Positions 19,140-28,380 of a stretch of DNA of 64,000 bases are shown here, piece by piece. Location of the stretch: contig JAILLN010000032.1 of NCBI GenBank assembly GCA_024693135.1, forward strand, positions 732 through 64,731, read 5' to 3'. Made by a program: the position numbers and the translations under genes. The DNA comes from Lachnospiraceae bacterium (GTDB taxonomy: Bacteria > Bacillota > Clostridia > Lachnospirales > Lachnospiraceae). Within the stretch, counting starts at the first letter, position 1. Each line of letters starts with the position of its first letter. Under the pieces are notes generated by a model. It saw only the letters and a list, made by a program, of their open reading frames with translations, was not told the origin of the DNA and did no database searches.

Positions 19140-19160
19140 TCCCCACCAAAATGGTGGGGA
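19140..19160. promoter_or_regulatory. Palindrome upstream of the XRE gene (candidate operator)
   Basis: TCCCCACCA-AAA-TGGTGGGGA, a perfect 9-bp inverted repeat. Confidence 0.45.
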
Positions 19161-19179
19161 AAAACGGGGATCGGATCTT

Positions 19180-19400
19180 TTACAGGATCTCCGCAAGGGT
19201 GCGGCCTTCGATATATTCCTCGATCACGATCAGGCTGTTGCTGCTCTCATATATCTCAAAGATCTTCGGCATATGCGCCACTGGGTGTTCTTTCAGGAAA
19301 GCAAATACCTCCGGCTCATATATTCCATGGATCTTCCTGACATACAGCCGTCCTGTTTCGCGGTTCCGGACAAGAAATACGTTTCATTTTCCTTTCGGAC
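19180..19400 (-). pseudogene. N-lobe fragment of a Ser/Thr protein kinase
   Basis: NVFLVRNRETGRLYVRK...HMPKIFEIYESSNSLIVIEEYIEGRTLAEIL*. Confidence 0.75.
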
Positions 19401-19401
19401 T

Positions 19402-19446
19402 TGCTGTCTCACTCAGGCAGTCATCAAAATCGACATATATATTCAT
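19402..19446 (-). pseudogene. N-terminal stub of a HAD-superfamily phosphatase
   Basis: MNIYVDFDDCLSETA (DxD motif I), fused to the kinase fragment. Confidence 0.6.
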
Positions 19447-19666
19447 TTGTATGTCCCTTTTCTGTTTAATCCGGATCCATGCTTCGTCACGGTCTACCCA
19501 GAACGGACGTCCGCTGGATGTCATTGGTCTTTCTCGATCAACCGGATGATATCCACACCTCCATTTTAACTCATCCAGTTATTCATTTCACAGCACATAA
19601 GATTGGTGATCGCGGTTTTGCACACGTGACCCACCCGCTGTTCTATCGGAGCCGGGACTGTAGGGT

Positions 19667-21169
19667 TTAGGGCGCCGGTCTTCGTATCCTTTTGGCGGCG
19701 GAGGATATGGCGGATTCCGGGCATACCAGCCTGCACAAATGGCAGCCCACGCACTTGCTGCCGTCCAGCTTCGGGATCCTGTCCTCAAAGCTTATGGCCT
19801 GGTGCCCGCCGTCCCGGCAGGAAATATAGCATCTGCCGCAGCCTATGCATTTTTCTTTGTCGAACCGCGGAAACAGTACCGTATCTCTCTCAAGTACGTC
19901 TGTGCTGTCACTTATGGAGGAAAGCCCTGCGCCCACGATGTCCTTGATCCCTGAAAGCCCGAATTGTGCAAGATAATAGTTGAGGCCGGAGCACAGGTCT
20001 TCGATGATGCGGTAGCCATACTGCATCACGGCTGTGGTCACCTGCAATGAGCCGGCTCCCACTAGAATGAATTCCAGCGCATCGCGCCAGGTCTCTATCC
20101 CGCCCATCCCGCTTAGGTGAAGGCCTTTTAGTTGTTCATTCTGTCCCAGTTCTGTAATAAAGCGGAGCGCGATGGGTTTGACCGCATTGCCGCTGTATCC
20201 TCCTATGGCGGATTTTCCTTTTACCGCAGGTGCCGAAACATAGGTATACGGACTTACTCCGATCACGCTTTTTATGGTATTGATCGCGGCTATCCCGTCT
20301 GCGCCTCCTCTCAATGCGGCCTCTGCGGCAGGAGACATTTCGGCCACATTCGGAGTCAGCTTTGCAAGCACCGGTATCCCTGCTCCCCGCTTGGCGGCCG
20401 CGGTATATCTTTCCACCAGCTCAGGAATCTGTCCGATATCGCTTCCCAGGCCGTCCTCCTGCATATTCGGGCAGGAAAAATTAAGCTCAACCGCATCCGC
20501 GCCGTTTTCCCCGCATAGGCCCGCCAGCTCTTCCCATTCTCCTTCATCCTGGCCCATGATGGACGCAAGGATGAATTTGGATGGGTAATGCGCCTTCAGC
20601 CTTCTGAAGATCTCCATGTTTTCCGCCACACTGTGGTCTGAAAGCTGCTCGACATTCTTGAATCCCAGGATGCTCCCATTATCTCCTGTAATGGCAGAAA
20701 ATCTCGGAGATGCCTCATGAATGTCAAAGGAGCATATCGTCTTAAAGCAGGCTCCTGCCCATCCGGCTTCAAAAGCCCTTGCGCACATGTCATATGTGGA
20801 TGCCACCACAGAGGAAGACAGAAGGAACGGATTCTCAAGAGGTATCCCGCAAAGATCGCACCGGAGCCTGCTCTCATCTTCCGGAATGGGAATCTCCACC
20901 TGATTTCTTACTTCGTCATAAAGACGTGTCATGAGCTGTTTTACCGGTACTTTTCCTGCCCTTACGCAGGACTTTTCGCAGGGGGCCGGACAGCCTGCGC
21001 AGGGATTGTCCTCCGGCAGCTTAAGCGCGGCCACGTCTTCATTATCAAACCATATGCTCCTCAGCGCATCGCCGGGATCCATGAACTTACATGCCGCAGA
21101 GCATGGTGCATCCCCGCATAAGGCACATGAGATCATATCTGCTCTTTTTACTGTCCGTGATCTAACCAT
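19667..21169 (-). CDS. preA: Dihydropyrimidine dehydrogenase PreA-type with N-terminal Fe-S extension
   Basis: LENPFLLSS, ELNFSCPN, KLTPN, AINT, GGYSG.AVKPIAL, C-terminal 2x[4Fe-4S]; N-terminal CxxC..PC...C cluster. Confidence 0.85.
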   Translation of the reverse strand: MVRSRTVKRADMISCALCGDAPCSAACKFMDPGDALRSIWFDNEDVAALKLPEDNPCAGCPAPCEKSCVRAGKVPVKQLMTRLYDEVRNQVEIPIPEDESRLRCDLCGIPLENPFLLSSSVVASTYDMCARAFEAGWAGACFKTICSFDIHEASPRFSAITGDNGSILGFKNVEQLSDHSVAENMEIFRRLKAHYPSKFILASIMGQDEGEWEELAGLCGENGADAVELNFSCPNMQEDGLGSDIGQIPELVERYTAAAKRGAGIPVLAKLTPNVAEMSPAAEAALRGGADGIAAINTIKSVIGVSPYTYVSAPAVKGKSAIGGYSGNAVKPIALRFITELGQNEQLKGLHLSGMGGIETWRDALEFILVGAGSLQVTTAVMQYGYRIIEDLCSGLNYYLAQFGLSGIKDIVGAGLSSISDSTDVLERDTVLFPRFDKEKCIGCGRCYISCRDGGHQAISFEDRIPKLDGSKCVGCHLCRLVCPESAISSAAKRIRRPAP

Positions 21170-21491
21170 TGTTCCCTCCTATGATCATGCCAAACTTTCC
21201 CCATTTCCACCATTTTTCTTTCTCTCCGTCTCATTCCTGCTCATAGGATAAAAGGGATGTTCGAGCAGGAATTGCAGATTCAGGACTCCGGGCCTCCAGG
21301 AAAAAGATGCGGACAACTGCGCATAAAGACCGCTTCATGTCACGATGGAGAAATCTTCTGCTTTTGGCAACCATGTTAGCATCACGGAAGGGGGTTTGCA
21401 AGGCTTGGAATCTTCCTTCTATGGCCGCCATATATATGATATGATGTTGGCGTGAACCATCAGAAACGATCATCCGAAACGGAGGTGCCTT

Positions 21492-22430
21492 ATGTCAATG
21501 ATCAAGCTGAAGCCTGCCTTCAAGGATTATGTATGGGGAGGAGACCGGCTGAAGAAGGATTTCGGGAAGGAATGGGCAGGAGATGTCCTGGCCGAGACCT
21601 GGGAGCTTTCCGCCCATCCGGACGGACCCTCCATGATCGCATCGGGAAGCTTTGCCGGAAAAACCTTTCCCGAATATCTGAAGGAAAAGGGAAAAGCCAT
21701 CCTTGGGACGAACGCCGCACGCTTCCAGGATTTCCCGGTCCTGATCAAATTCATCGATGCCAGGGAAAATCTCTCCCTGCAGGTACATCCGGGAGATGAA
21801 TACGCCCTGCGTCACGAAGGCCAGTATGGAAAGACCGAATGCTGGTATATCGTAGAAGCCAAACCCGGAGCCGGGCTCTATCTGGGACTGAAGGAAAGGC
21901 TTACCCGGGAGGAATTTGCAGAAAAAATCCGGCAGGGCACGCTCCTTGAAAGCCTCCGGTTCGTACCGGTAAAGCCCGGAGAAATGTATTTCATCCATTC
22001 CGGAACATTGCATGCCATCGCGGCAGGCACCCTGCTGGCAGAGATCCAGCAGAATTCCAATGTCACCTACAGGGTATATGATTTCGGGAGGCTGGGGGCA
22101 GACGGGAAGCCCAGGCCCCTGCATATCCCCCAGGCCATGGATGTATCCGATCTGTCCGGGGTCATGCCGGATATGGATTTCGGAGGGCACCTGGCGGTCT
22201 GCCCCTATTTTCTGGTAGACGGCCTTTCCTTTGCGGGAGAAGCAGAGCTTATGGCAGATGGAGCCTCCTTCTGCTCTGTGCTCGTGACCGAGGGCAGCGG
22301 CTCCATCTGCTTTAATGGAGAGGAACTCCCGTTTCGAAGGGGCGACAGCTTTTTTGTGGAAGCCGGAAGCGGAAGGGGCCGGCTAAGGGGCAAGGGGCAT
22401 GTCCTCCTCACCCGCGTACCCGCTCCGTGA
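21492..22430 (+). CDS. manA: Mannose-6-phosphate isomerase, class I
   Basis: YVWGG, ETWELSAHP, LSLQVHP, GKTECW, TLHAI, EIQQNSNVTYRVYDF. Confidence 0.92.
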   Translation: MSMIKLKPAFKDYVWGGDRLKKDFGKEWAGDVLAETWELSAHPDGPSMIASGSFAGKTFPEYLKEKGKAILGTNAARFQDFPVLIKFIDARENLSLQVHPGDEYALRHEGQYGKTECWYIVEAKPGAGLYLGLKERLTREEFAEKIRQGTLLESLRFVPVKPGEMYFIHSGTLHAIAAGTLLAEIQQNSNVTYRVYDFGRLGADGKPRPLHIPQAMDVSDLSGVMPDMDFGGHLAVCPYFLVDGLSFAGEAELMADGASFCSVLVTEGSGSICFNGEELPFRRGDSFFVEAGSGRGRLRGKGHVLLTRVPAP

Positions 22431-22481
22431 AAGCGCCCTGCCCCTTCTCACCCGCATGCCTGCGCCGTGAAAGCGCCCTGC
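22401..22481. repeat. Imperfect 40-bp tandem duplication spanning the manA stop codon
   Basis: ctcacccgc(g/a)t.cc.gc.ccgtgaaagcgccctgc occurs twice with period 40. Confidence 0.8.
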
Positions 22482-22569
22482 GTTATTTTACGGTGACGGG
22501 CAGCTCTACATCCTGATACCCTCCCGGTCATTTTATCCACAATGCTTCGAAAAAAAGTGCCTGAACCAT

Positions 22570-22599
22570 GCAGAGCCCCGGGTTTCCCCGGAGCCCTGC
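22570..22599 (-). terminator. GC-rich hairpin with GAAA loop downstream of the clostripain gene
   Basis: GCAGGGCUCCGGG-GAAA-CCCGGGGCUCUGC; the U-tract is not adjacent. Confidence 0.55.
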
Positions 22600-22607
22600 C
22601 CTTGTCA

Positions 22608-25600
22608 TTATTTCACCTTATAGGTCAGCTTAAAGCTTCCCACATAATCATTGGTTCCCTGGAAGGTCAGGGTATATGAGCCCTTCGCCCCATTGTCCAG
22701 GCCGGTCAGCAAAAGCTTCCCCTTTTCGTCGATCAGATAATCATACTCTTTTTTTGTCTTTTCCTGTGCTGCCGCATAGCCCACGGTGCTCTCGCAGGTG
22801 GTGCCGTCCCGCTCCGTATAGGTAAGGAGCAGTTCCGGAGCCTTCAGCTTTTCCGTATCGATCCAGACCGGCACCGGCACGTTCTCGCCGCTGCCATTGA
22901 AGGAAAGGGTGCCTGACGCCGCATCGATCCTTGTCTTTCCCTTCACCAGCTTCTTTCCGGAGAGCACATATTTCACCACCGCCGGCTTATAGACCTTGTA
23001 TTTCTTCCCGGCCTCTTCCTTCAGCGCAAAGGCCAGATAGTAGGTGCCGGCCCTGTTGATGGTCTTGCCGTCATCCGGTGAAGTATATACCAGGTTTTTG
23101 TCCGTATAGGCCCTGACAGGAAGCAGATCCTTTACCTCCACCTTTTCCCTGCCCGCCTTCAGGGACTCTGCCTTAAGAAGTCCCCTTGCCAGCTCATCTG
23201 CATCATAGGCCTTATCCTGTACAAAAGCCTCCTTCTTCTGCTTAAGCTTTGCCGTAAGGGCTTTTCCGCCTTTTGGATAGCCGGTCACATAGATCCGGTC
23301 CGGCATGCTTCCGATCCGGTAATTCTTTGCCGCATTCTTATTCTTCGGCTCCTTCGCATATACCCGTATCTCCACGGACCTCATCTCCGTGCCCTTATAG
23401 AGCTCCTTGATCCTTTCCTTCGTCAGCTCCACGCCGTCGTCATAGTACCTGACCTCGTACAGGGATGCCGGAACCTTCACTCCACTTGGAAGCTTCATGG
23501 TCGTGGCCACGCTGATCTTCCCTGCCTTGGTAAAGGGGGCGAACTGCCGGCTTGCCGCGATCTCCGCAGTTCTAAGGTCTGCGGGAAGGATGGTAAATTT
23601 CACCTCTGCCTTCAGCCCCTTATACGCCTTCCCCTTTCCGGTGATGATAAGAGCCGGGGCCTTCTTTCCTGCTGAAGGACCCGCCGCATTTTTATTGTTG
23701 CGGTAGGATACGGTATAATCCTTCCCCTCCTCAAGGACCTTATTGCCGGAGGCCGTGACCGTAAGCTCGATGCTCCGGGAACCGTTCTTTCCGGAGGTGG
23801 TGGTGACCAGGGCCTTTCCCGTATACTCCACCGGATCCACCCGTCCGATGGAAATGGAGAAGGTCTTTTTCCCCTTCTGCTCCACGGTGGATACGGCCTC
23901 CTCATAGCCCGCATAGAAGCAGACCTTGTTGGAGGATGCAGCCTCGGGCAGGTAGAATATCCATCCGCCGTTTGCAGAAAGCACAAGCTGCTTTCCTACC
24001 GACTTCTCCCCCTCCATCTCGTCATAAAGCTCCGGGGTGCCGTCAAGATACACCGGCACGCGCTTCTGCTTCCCGATCCCGATATACCACTGCTTTACCG
24101 TATTCCCCGAGATCTTCAGGGCCGAATCGCCGGAAATGCAGCGCCGCTTGTCCTCCTTGACCGTCCCGTTCTCATCATAGAAGACGATCCTTTCCCCATA
24201 AAGCTCCGTATCGTCCTTCAGGGTACGGAAGGAGACCAGGGCGGCCGGATGCACGTTGTATTTCTCCAGCAGCACGTCCTCATCCTTTTCCACCACCAAA
24301 AGCTTATTGAACTCTTCATTGAAATGCTTATCCTCCCAGGAAGCGGCCCTCTTTTTCCCGCTCCCGTCGTCCGGCCCGAAATAAAGATTGGGATAGCTTC
24401 CCACCTTCTCTGCGCCGTCCCTGTCGATATAGATGGCCGGCACATGGTTTTCGGAGATCAGCTGGTCCACGGTGAGGTCCTTATTTCCCACAAACGGACC
24501 AAAGGCCCTGTCGGCATAGATCTCCCCGTCCAGATGCATCGCGACATTGACGGAAGGCGTATAGCTCTCCCCTCCGATATAGTAATCGTCGTTTTCCCAG
24601 AACAAGACGTCGCAGTCAAATTCGTAGGTATCAAAGGGATTCGTCCCGATCAGCTTTACCGGCTGTTTCCCGATGGTGAGCTCCGCCGGCTTCGGGGCAT
24701 AGATGTTTTCATCCTCCTTTTCCAGGTAGAATAAGGCATTTACGGAGACCACATCCCCGAGCTTCAGGTCAAGGGCCCGGAAAGCCGCTATATCCGCTTC
24801 TTTATTCATGTCATAGTTATTCCCATTGGCCGAAATGCTGAAGCTGGTATAAACAGATTCCGTGACATTTCCGTCTCCGTTAAAGACCGCGACGAAGTGT
24901 TTCAGATCCTCATAGGGCTTCAGCGTCTTGAAGAAGCCAAAGGGCAGCTCCCCCTTCTGGCCGACGCTCTCCACCGTAAGCCCGGCCTCCTTATTGATGA
25001 CCGTGAGGCCCGGGTTCTGCACATTCGGCCAAAATGCATATTGGGAAGCCGGCACGCTTCCATCCACCCCGTCTATGCTTAAGGGAGTGGCTCCGTCTAT
25101 GATGATCCGGTCCTTATCCGGATCGTAGCCCTCAAACACCAGCTTGTAATGCCCCGGTCCCAGCTTTTGGAAATCTTCCTTTGTCTTAAGCCGGTTGAAT
25201 TGTCCCTCTGCGTCAAGATAGCCGATCCCGGGTTCCTTCCCCTCCGGGAAATGCAGGTTGTATTCCCCTGAGTCTGTCTGGAAGGTAATGACCGGATAGA
25301 TGTCGCCGCGGTTCTGGCTGATCAGGGTGATGCCCTCCTTCTTTTCCTTCTCCGTCATATGATCGCCAGACAGCGTGATCGATGCCGTGACCGGCTCTCC
25401 CTCCCCAAGATCGTCGAGCCCATAGCTTCCGCCGAAGACATCCCAGACGGCATAGAACAGGCTTCCGGATTCGACATCCTTTCCCAGCCCCTTCACTGCC
25501 TCTGAGAGCTCTTCGTCCCGGGAGAATTCCAGCGGCTCTCCCGTTTCCGTCCTGAGCTTCGGGATCCACATGGTATATCCGGTCTTGTAGACGTTTTCCG

Positions 25601-28289
25601 GATCAAAGCCATTCGCCATGTTTTCAAAGAATTCTCCCATATCGGAGACGAATTCAAATTCGGTATCGTCAGCCACCTCCTTCCAGGGAACGAAGCCGGT
25701 AAGCTGCTTTGTGTTGGTGTCCACCCCATAAAAGCCATCCGGCTTTACGCCATTCATGCTCCCGCTCTGGAATTCCGCCTCCAGGACCACCTCATCATAA
25801 TACGGCGAGCCCTTCTTCATCATCATCGCCGGGAACTGCACCTGGATATGGGTCTCCCCGAAGGGGTCGAAAAAGTCCTGATCGGATTCATCGTCCAGGT
25901 TTCTTATGCTGAATACCGGCGCCGGAATGCCGTTGACGGCAAACCACTTCTGGGCCTTGCGGTTTTCCACCACATAGCGGTCTTTATCGATCGGATGGTC
26001 ATCAAGATAAAGCTGCTGGGGTGCCTTGGCGGCCGGGAGATAGCCCAGATTATTTTTCCCCCCGTCCTTCCGGTTGAGCACAGCCTGCTGCCGGATATTC
26101 TTGACCAGGCTCACCTTTTCCCGGTCCAGGTCAAGGGCATAATCCAGGCATCTGTCCTCGGAGAAGACCGTCTTCATATGCATGTCGTTGGAGGAGATCC
26201 GGCCCCTGATGATCTCGCCTTCCTCCCCGGCCATGCTCGCCATCATGTTTTTCGCGGCATCATTAAGCGGGTCATACTCCTTCTCAAGGCTTTTTGCCAG
26301 CTCTTTCATGGCCTGGCTGATCTCGGAAGGCGTTTTGTCATACTGTGCACTGAGCACGCCCCCGATGGCCTGGGCCGCACAGAAGGTCTTTAAGAGAGAA
26401 GTATATCCGTCCGTGATCCCGGGAGAGTATTTCACCCTCTTATAGATCCCCAGATACTCCGTTAATGCATCGTAGGTCTTTTCTGCCCCATCCTCGTTAT
26501 AGGTAAAGCGGCTTCCCTTGCAGGGCAGGAAGATGGTCAGGCCTCCCAGTGCCTTATAGTCCTCTCCTTCTTTTCTTGCAAATGGATATTTCTGTGTATA
26601 CTGCTGCAAGGTCACAAGGCCTTCATTTGACCGTTCGTCGTCATGGCCCTTTGGCTTCAGGAGCATGGCTGCCGCATCCGCCTTTTCTTTCACCGTCTCA
26701 GAGCTGAATTTCTCCTGAAGCTTCCTGCAGAAGGAATAAAGGTCTGCGATCCCTTCGCTGGAGCCGTTAAAATTGACGGTCTCCTCTGCCGCCGACATGA
26801 AGTTTACATAACTATCCCTTACGAACTGATCGCCCGAGCCGATCAGCTGTGCCATCAGTGCTTTCGACAACTCATCCAATTTTTCATTCAGGCTGTTCAG
26901 GCTTACCGCATCCAGGTTCACCACGGCCATGGTAGACCGGATCTCCTTATGATTATAGAAAGCCGTATTATCGGTAACCATCTGGAAGCCGATACGCGGG
27001 ACGGTAATATCCATCATATCCGGCTCATAGGCCTGCGATCCGCTCCATCCCCCTTCTCTGGCAAAGCCGGGATAGAAGATCTCCTTCACGTAGCCCCTGT
27101 GGTCCCAGCCCGTGCCGGGCTCCAGATCCTCCGAGCCGAAGAGATACCGTGCATAGGGCTGCAGCGCCATGGCTGTCTCCAGGTTCCCCATGAGGCAGGC
27201 GTCGAAGCCGATGAACTCAAACTTGTCAAAATTCGCATTGCTTTCCTGCCCCCTTAAATTGATCCTCGCCTCGCTCAGGGATTCCGTGAGCTGATCGGAG
27301 GTGATATAGGTATTGTTCTGGCCGCCCCTGTCGTCTCCGCCGAAGCCTCCCTTGGGGCCGCCGCCATGATCCCATAGCACCAGCATATAGCGCTTTGCAG
27401 GATATTTCTGCGCCGTGGTGGTAATAAAGTCGATGAGTTCCGGAGCCTTGCCGGCATCCTTGATCCCGGTCATGACCCTTTTCGTATTCTCCTCGGCAAC
27501 CGGATTGTCTGCCGGTTTGATGGAATGATCGGAAAGCACCCAGCGCTCGTTCTGATTCCACTGGATCCCCCTGCCGTCATTTACGCTGTTGATGGTCTGA
27601 AGGAGCTTCAGATCGTTTGCGCTTGCCGTCTCCTTATCCTTAAGGATGCCCTCCAGCTCCTTTAATGCTTTATCGTGGGCTCCATCCTTCTCCATGGCCT
27701 TGTCCGACACGCCGCCGGTCTCGATCACCACGTGGATCTTTGCATTGCTCACAGAATCGGCCGCTCCTTCTGCCTGCTCGATCCCGGACATGATCTCGAT
27801 GATGTCCCTGGTGGCTTCCGCCCCGTTTCCCTCCAGGTTGGAGCCCACCATGTAATACATGATGGTCGCATCGGAAGAAACCGGGCCGCCCCTTCCTGTA
27901 TCCTCCGTATCCTTCGCATTCTTTGTATTCTTCGTATCCGGCAGGATCTGGAAGCTTTCCTTTCCTGCCGCTTCCCCGACGGCATCCCATACATCCGCCT
28001 CCGGGATCTCCTGGGCTCCGGCCTGCGCTTCGGTCTGTTCGGCTGCCTGCGCTCCGGCCCCGGCGGCTTCCTGTGCCTCAGCCTGTGTGGCTGCCTGCGC
28101 TTCGGCCTGCGCTTCGCTCTGTGCCTCGGCCTGTGCTTCGCTCTGTGCTTCGGCCTGCGCTTCGCTCTGTGCCTCGGCCTGTCCGGCTGCCAGGCTCCCG
28201 GCGTTTACCGGCACCAGATTTCCGATGGTAAGGATCACCGCCAGCACCATCGCCAGCCTTCTTCGATAAAGCTTAAGATTCTTTTTCAT
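22608..28289 (-). CDS. Large secreted clostripain-family (C11) cysteine peptidase, 1893 aa
   Basis: Signal peptide; YMVGSNLE, LVLWDHGGG (His), FIGFDACLMG (Cys), SEDLEPGTGW; Lys-rich beta-rich C-terminal region. Confidence 0.9.
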   Translation of the reverse strand: MKKNLKLYRRRLAMVLAVILTIGNLVPVNAGSLAAGQAEAQSEAQAEAQSEAQAEAQSEAQAEAQAATQAEAQEAAGAGAQAAEQTEAQAGAQEIPEADVWDAVGEAAGKESFQILPDTKNTKNAKDTEDTGRGGPVSSDATIMYYMVGSNLEGNGAEATRDIIEIMSGIEQAEGAADSVSNAKIHVVIETGGVSDKAMEKDGAHDKALKELEGILKDKETASANDLKLLQTINSVNDGRGIQWNQNERWVLSDHSIKPADNPVAEENTKRVMTGIKDAGKAPELIDFITTTAQKYPAKRYMLVLWDHGGGPKGGFGGDDRGGQNNTYITSDQLTESLSEARINLRGQESNANFDKFEFIGFDACLMGNLETAMALQPYARYLFGSEDLEPGTGWDHRGYVKEIFYPGFAREGGWSGSQAYEPDMMDITVPRIGFQMVTDNTAFYNHKEIRSTMAVVNLDAVSLNSLNEKLDELSKALMAQLIGSGDQFVRDSYVNFMSAAEETVNFNGSSEGIADLYSFCRKLQEKFSSETVKEKADAAAMLLKPKGHDDERSNEGLVTLQQYTQKYPFARKEGEDYKALGGLTIFLPCKGSRFTYNEDGAEKTYDALTEYLGIYKRVKYSPGITDGYTSLLKTFCAAQAIGGVLSAQYDKTPSEISQAMKELAKSLEKEYDPLNDAAKNMMASMAGEEGEIIRGRISSNDMHMKTVFSEDRCLDYALDLDREKVSLVKNIRQQAVLNRKDGGKNNLGYLPAAKAPQQLYLDDHPIDKDRYVVENRKAQKWFAVNGIPAPVFSIRNLDDESDQDFFDPFGETHIQVQFPAMMMKKGSPYYDEVVLEAEFQSGSMNGVKPDGFYGVDTNTKQLTGFVPWKEVADDTEFEFVSDMGEFFENMANGFDPENVYKTGYTMWIPKLRTETGEPLEFSRDEELSEAVKGLGKDVESGSLFYAVWDVFGGSYGLDDLGEGEPVTASITLSGDHMTEKEKKEGITLISQNRGDIYPVITFQTDSGEYNLHFPEGKEPGIGYLDAEGQFNRLKTKEDFQKLGPGHYKLVFEGYDPDKDRIIIDGATPLSIDGVDGSVPASQYAFWPNVQNPGLTVINKEAGLTVESVGQKGELPFGFFKTLKPYEDLKHFVAVFNGDGNVTESVYTSFSISANGNNYDMNKEADIAAFRALDLKLGDVVSVNALFYLEKEDENIYAPKPAELTIGKQPVKLIGTNPFDTYEFDCDVLFWENDDYYIGGESYTPSVNVAMHLDGEIYADRAFGPFVGNKDLTVDQLISENHVPAIYIDRDGAEKVGSYPNLYFGPDDGSGKKRAASWEDKHFNEEFNKLLVVEKDEDVLLEKYNVHPAALVSFRTLKDDTELYGERIVFYDENGTVKEDKRRCISGDSALKISGNTVKQWYIGIGKQKRVPVYLDGTPELYDEMEGEKSVGKQLVLSANGGWIFYLPEAASSNKVCFYAGYEEAVSTVEQKGKKTFSISIGRVDPVEYTGKALVTTTSGKNGSRSIELTVTASGNKVLEEGKDYTVSYRNNKNAAGPSAGKKAPALIITGKGKAYKGLKAEVKFTILPADLRTAEIAASRQFAPFTKAGKISVATTMKLPSGVKVPASLYEVRYYDDGVELTKERIKELYKGTEMRSVEIRVYAKEPKNKNAAKNYRIGSMPDRIYVTGYPKGGKALTAKLKQKKEAFVQDKAYDADELARGLLKAESLKAGREKVEVKDLLPVRAYTDKNLVYTSPDDGKTINRAGTYYLAFALKEEAGKKYKVYKPAVVKYVLSGKKLVKGKTRIDAASGTLSFNGSGENVPVPVWIDTEKLKAPELLLTYTERDGTTCESTVGYAAAQEKTKKEYDYLIDEKGKLLLTGLDNGAKGSYTLTFQGTNDYVGSFKLTYKVK
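28070..28182. repeat. Intragenic 12/24-bp repeats encoding (QAEAQSEA)n
   Basis: gcttcgctctgtgcctcggcctgt repeated. Confidence 0.85.
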
Positions 28290-28310
28290 ACCTTCCTCCT
28301 CTTTTCCTTC

Positions 28311-28380
28311 CTTGTTTCTATGAATGCTTTACCGCCTTCCGCGGGTTGTCTTTGCTTCTATGAATGCTTAACGGCCTTCC
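28311..28380. repeat. Imperfect 40-bp-period duplication spanning the stop codon at 28368
   Basis: ttctatgaatgctt(t/a)ac(c/g)gccttcc at 28316 and 28356. Confidence 0.75.

Noticed and set aside
11150-19560. Classical integron or prophage
   Set aside because: No IntI or other integrase, no repeated attC-like sites, and no phage structural genes seen.
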